Part shown: positions 35,353-36,576 of the stretch, in pieces
Numbering within the stretch: the stretch's first letter is position 1
Layout of the letters: every line of letters starts with the position of its first letter
Assembly (NCBI GenBank): GCA_900554405.1
Contig: USHI01000001.1
Coordinates: 1-36,576, forward strand
DNA: 36,576 nucleotides
Reading direction: 5' to 3'
Source: an uncultured Eubacteriales bacterium
Lineage (GTDB): Bacteria; Bacillota; Clostridia; Oscillospirales; CAG-382
Notes under the pieces: model-generated
Seen by the model: only the letters and a program-made list of their open reading frames with translations
Told to the model about the DNA's origin: nothing
Database searches by the model: none
Position numbers and translations under genes: made by a program

Positions 35353-35381
35353 AGTATAGCGCTTTTGGCGCGCGTTGTCAA
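35353..35381 (-). promoter_or_regulatory. Sigma-A promoter driving the leader and the TIM-barrel/ligase-pepP operon
   Basis: Minus strand reads TTGACA (35381-35376), a 17-nt spacer, then TATACT (35358-35353). Confidence 0.55.
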
Positions 35382-35400
35382 GTATTTCTGCAAAAAACGC

Positions 35401-35429
35401 TTGAAAAGGCGTTTCGGCTGTGTTATAAT
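35401..35429 (+). promoter_or_regulatory. Divergent sigma-A promoter of the downstream Gfo/Idh/MocA gene
   Basis: TTGAAA (35401-35406), a 17-nt spacer, then TATAAT (35424-35429). GGAGGAAG lies before the ATG at 35468. Confidence 0.55.
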
Positions 35430-35467
35430 CCGTTCAAGGTCAGAATTTATTTACCGGAGGAAGCATC

Positions 35468-36535
35468 ATGTCCAAAATGAAGGTTGCGATCATCGGCTGC
35501 GGCTGTATCGCAAACAATGCGCATATTCCCGCCTATATGGCGAACCCCGATGTCGAGATAAAGTATTTCTGCGATATCATCAGGGAAAAGGCCGAAAAGT
35601 GTGTCGAAAAGAACAACTGCGGCACCGCTATCGAAGATTACCACATCGCTCTGAACGATCCCGAGATCGAAGCAGTTTCGGTCTGCACTCCCAACAGAAT
35701 GCACACCCAGATATCCATCGATGCTCTTAAAGCAGGCAAAAACGTGCTTTGCGAAAAGCCTGCCGCAAGAACTTATGCCGAAGCAAAGCTCATGCAGGAA
35801 GCTCAGCACGAAACCGGCAAGGTACTCAATATCGGCGTTGTCAATCGCTTCAATGCCGGCGTAAACAAGCTGCGCGAGCTTATCCAGTCCGGCGAGCTCG
35901 GCGAAATTTATCACATCTATGTCAGCTTCCGTGCTCACCGCTCCATTCCGGGGCTCGGCGGTGCCTTTACCACCAAGGAAATCGCCGGCGGCGGCGTTCT
36001 TATCGACTGGGGCGTTCACTACCTCGATATAGTCATGTACTGCATGGATGATCCCAAGCCGCTCACCGTTTCCGCAAAAGCGTTCTCCAAGCTCGGCGTG
36101 GATATGCCCAATTATGTTTACGAGGGTATGTGGTCGGAAGAAACCAAGAACGTCAACGGCACCTATGATGTCGACGACTTCGTTACCGGCTTTGTCCGCA
36201 CCGAAGGCCCCACCATTACCTTCAACGGCGCATGGGCACAGAATATCGGCGTTGCCGAAACCTATATCGACTTTATCGGTACCAAGGCGGGCGCACGTCT
36301 TCAGTACGGCAGCGATTTCACCGTTTATACCACCGCTTGCGGCGGGCTCGTTTCGCTCAAGCCCAAATTCACTGCGAACAATATGTTCCAGAACGAGATC
36401 GACAGCTTCATCCGCTGCATCCGCACCGGCGAAAAGCTTCCTTCCCATATCGACAAGGCTGTCATCACCTCCCGCATGATGCAGGCGATGTACGATTCCT
36501 CCGACGAGGGCAAGGAAATCGATCTTTCCAAATAA
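35468..36535 (+). CDS. Gfo/Idh/MocA family oxidoreductase
   Basis: MKVAIIGCGCIANNAHIPAY Rossmann start and the EKP motif (LCEKPAA). 355 aa. Confidence 0.9.
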   Translation: MSKMKVAIIGCGCIANNAHIPAYMANPDVEIKYFCDIIREKAEKCVEKNNCGTAIEDYHIALNDPEIEAVSVCTPNRMHTQISIDALKAGKNVLCEKPAARTYAEAKLMQEAQHETGKVLNIGVVNRFNAGVNKLRELIQSGELGEIYHIYVSFRAHRSIPGLGGAFTTKEIAGGGVLIDWGVHYLDIVMYCMDDPKPLTVSAKAFSKLGVDMPNYVYEGMWSEETKNVNGTYDVDDFVTGFVRTEGPTITFNGAWAQNIGVAETYIDFIGTKAGARLQYGSDFTVYTTACGGLVSLKPKFTANNMFQNEIDSFIRCIRTGEKLPSHIDKAVITSRMMQAMYDSSDEGKEIDLSK

Positions 36536-36561
36536 ACCCGTTAAATACCGCAAAAAAGCCC

Positions 36562-36576
36562 CCGGCGTAAAGCCGG
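36562..36576 (+). terminator. Possible start of a terminator hairpin, cut by the window end
   Basis: CCGGC-GTAAA-GCCGG sits at the extreme 3' edge, preceded by GCCCC, which could pair with sequence beyond the window. Confidence 0.3.

Noticed and set aside
1-36576. Search for CRISPR arrays, tRNA/rRNA genes, IS elements, integrases, prophage blocks or known defence-system genes
   Set aside because: I saw no spaced direct repeats, no cloverleaf-like or rRNA-like segments in the intergenic gaps, no transposase or recombinase motifs and no terminal inverted repeats. Apart from the 11-mer tandem, the only long repeat is the intragenic 225-nt duplication. The window appears to be core chromosome.

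Overview
GC-rich chromosomal segment that looks like a Gram-positive Clostridia-type genome. The inference rests on whiA, the infC-rpmI-rplT operon with an attenuator leader, TTGACA-17-TATAAT promoters, AGGAGG ribosome-binding sites and dockerin-like modules. I support about 30 protein genes. They include a 5'-partial YgiQ radical SAM gene, a 3-gene amino-acid ABC transporter, an interrupted ADP-ribosylglycohydrolase and a small SAM methyltransferase. There are also three Gfo/Idh/MocA-type oxidoreductases, malQ, a TldD/PmbA pair, a small dockerin-like secreted protein, a COG2426 membrane protein and a 938-aa secreted repeat protein. The remainder are murB, whiA, dnaE, a class A PBP, an FTR-like protein plus trxA, an amidase-SH3 protein, infC-rpmI-rplT, rpsU, a GH26-like lipoprotein, an amidohydrolase, a Cys/Asp-rich acidic zinc-ribbon protein, efp, an M24 aminopeptidase and a frameshifted TIM-barrel::acyl-CoA-ligase fusion. 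I found no tRNA or rRNA genes, CRISPR arrays, transposases, integrases or obvious defence systems, so this is mostly a housekeeping region. The items most worth a second look are these. (1) An unclassified ~250-nt structured leader with an intrinsic terminator upstream of the TIM-barrel/ligase-pepP operon. (2) A protein with a 33-residue run made almost only of Cys and Asp next to efp. (3) An ABC substrate-binding protein whose two sequence halves are in swapped (circularly permuted) order. (4) The 938-aa cohesin-like + 4-repeat + dockerin-like protein, which carries a 225-nt intragenic tract duplicated at near identity. (5) Two disrupted genes: an in-frame TGA, and a 1-nt frameshift in an A run. 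(6) An N-terminally shortened WhiA. All calls come from reading the sequence and recalling family motifs. No database search was possible.
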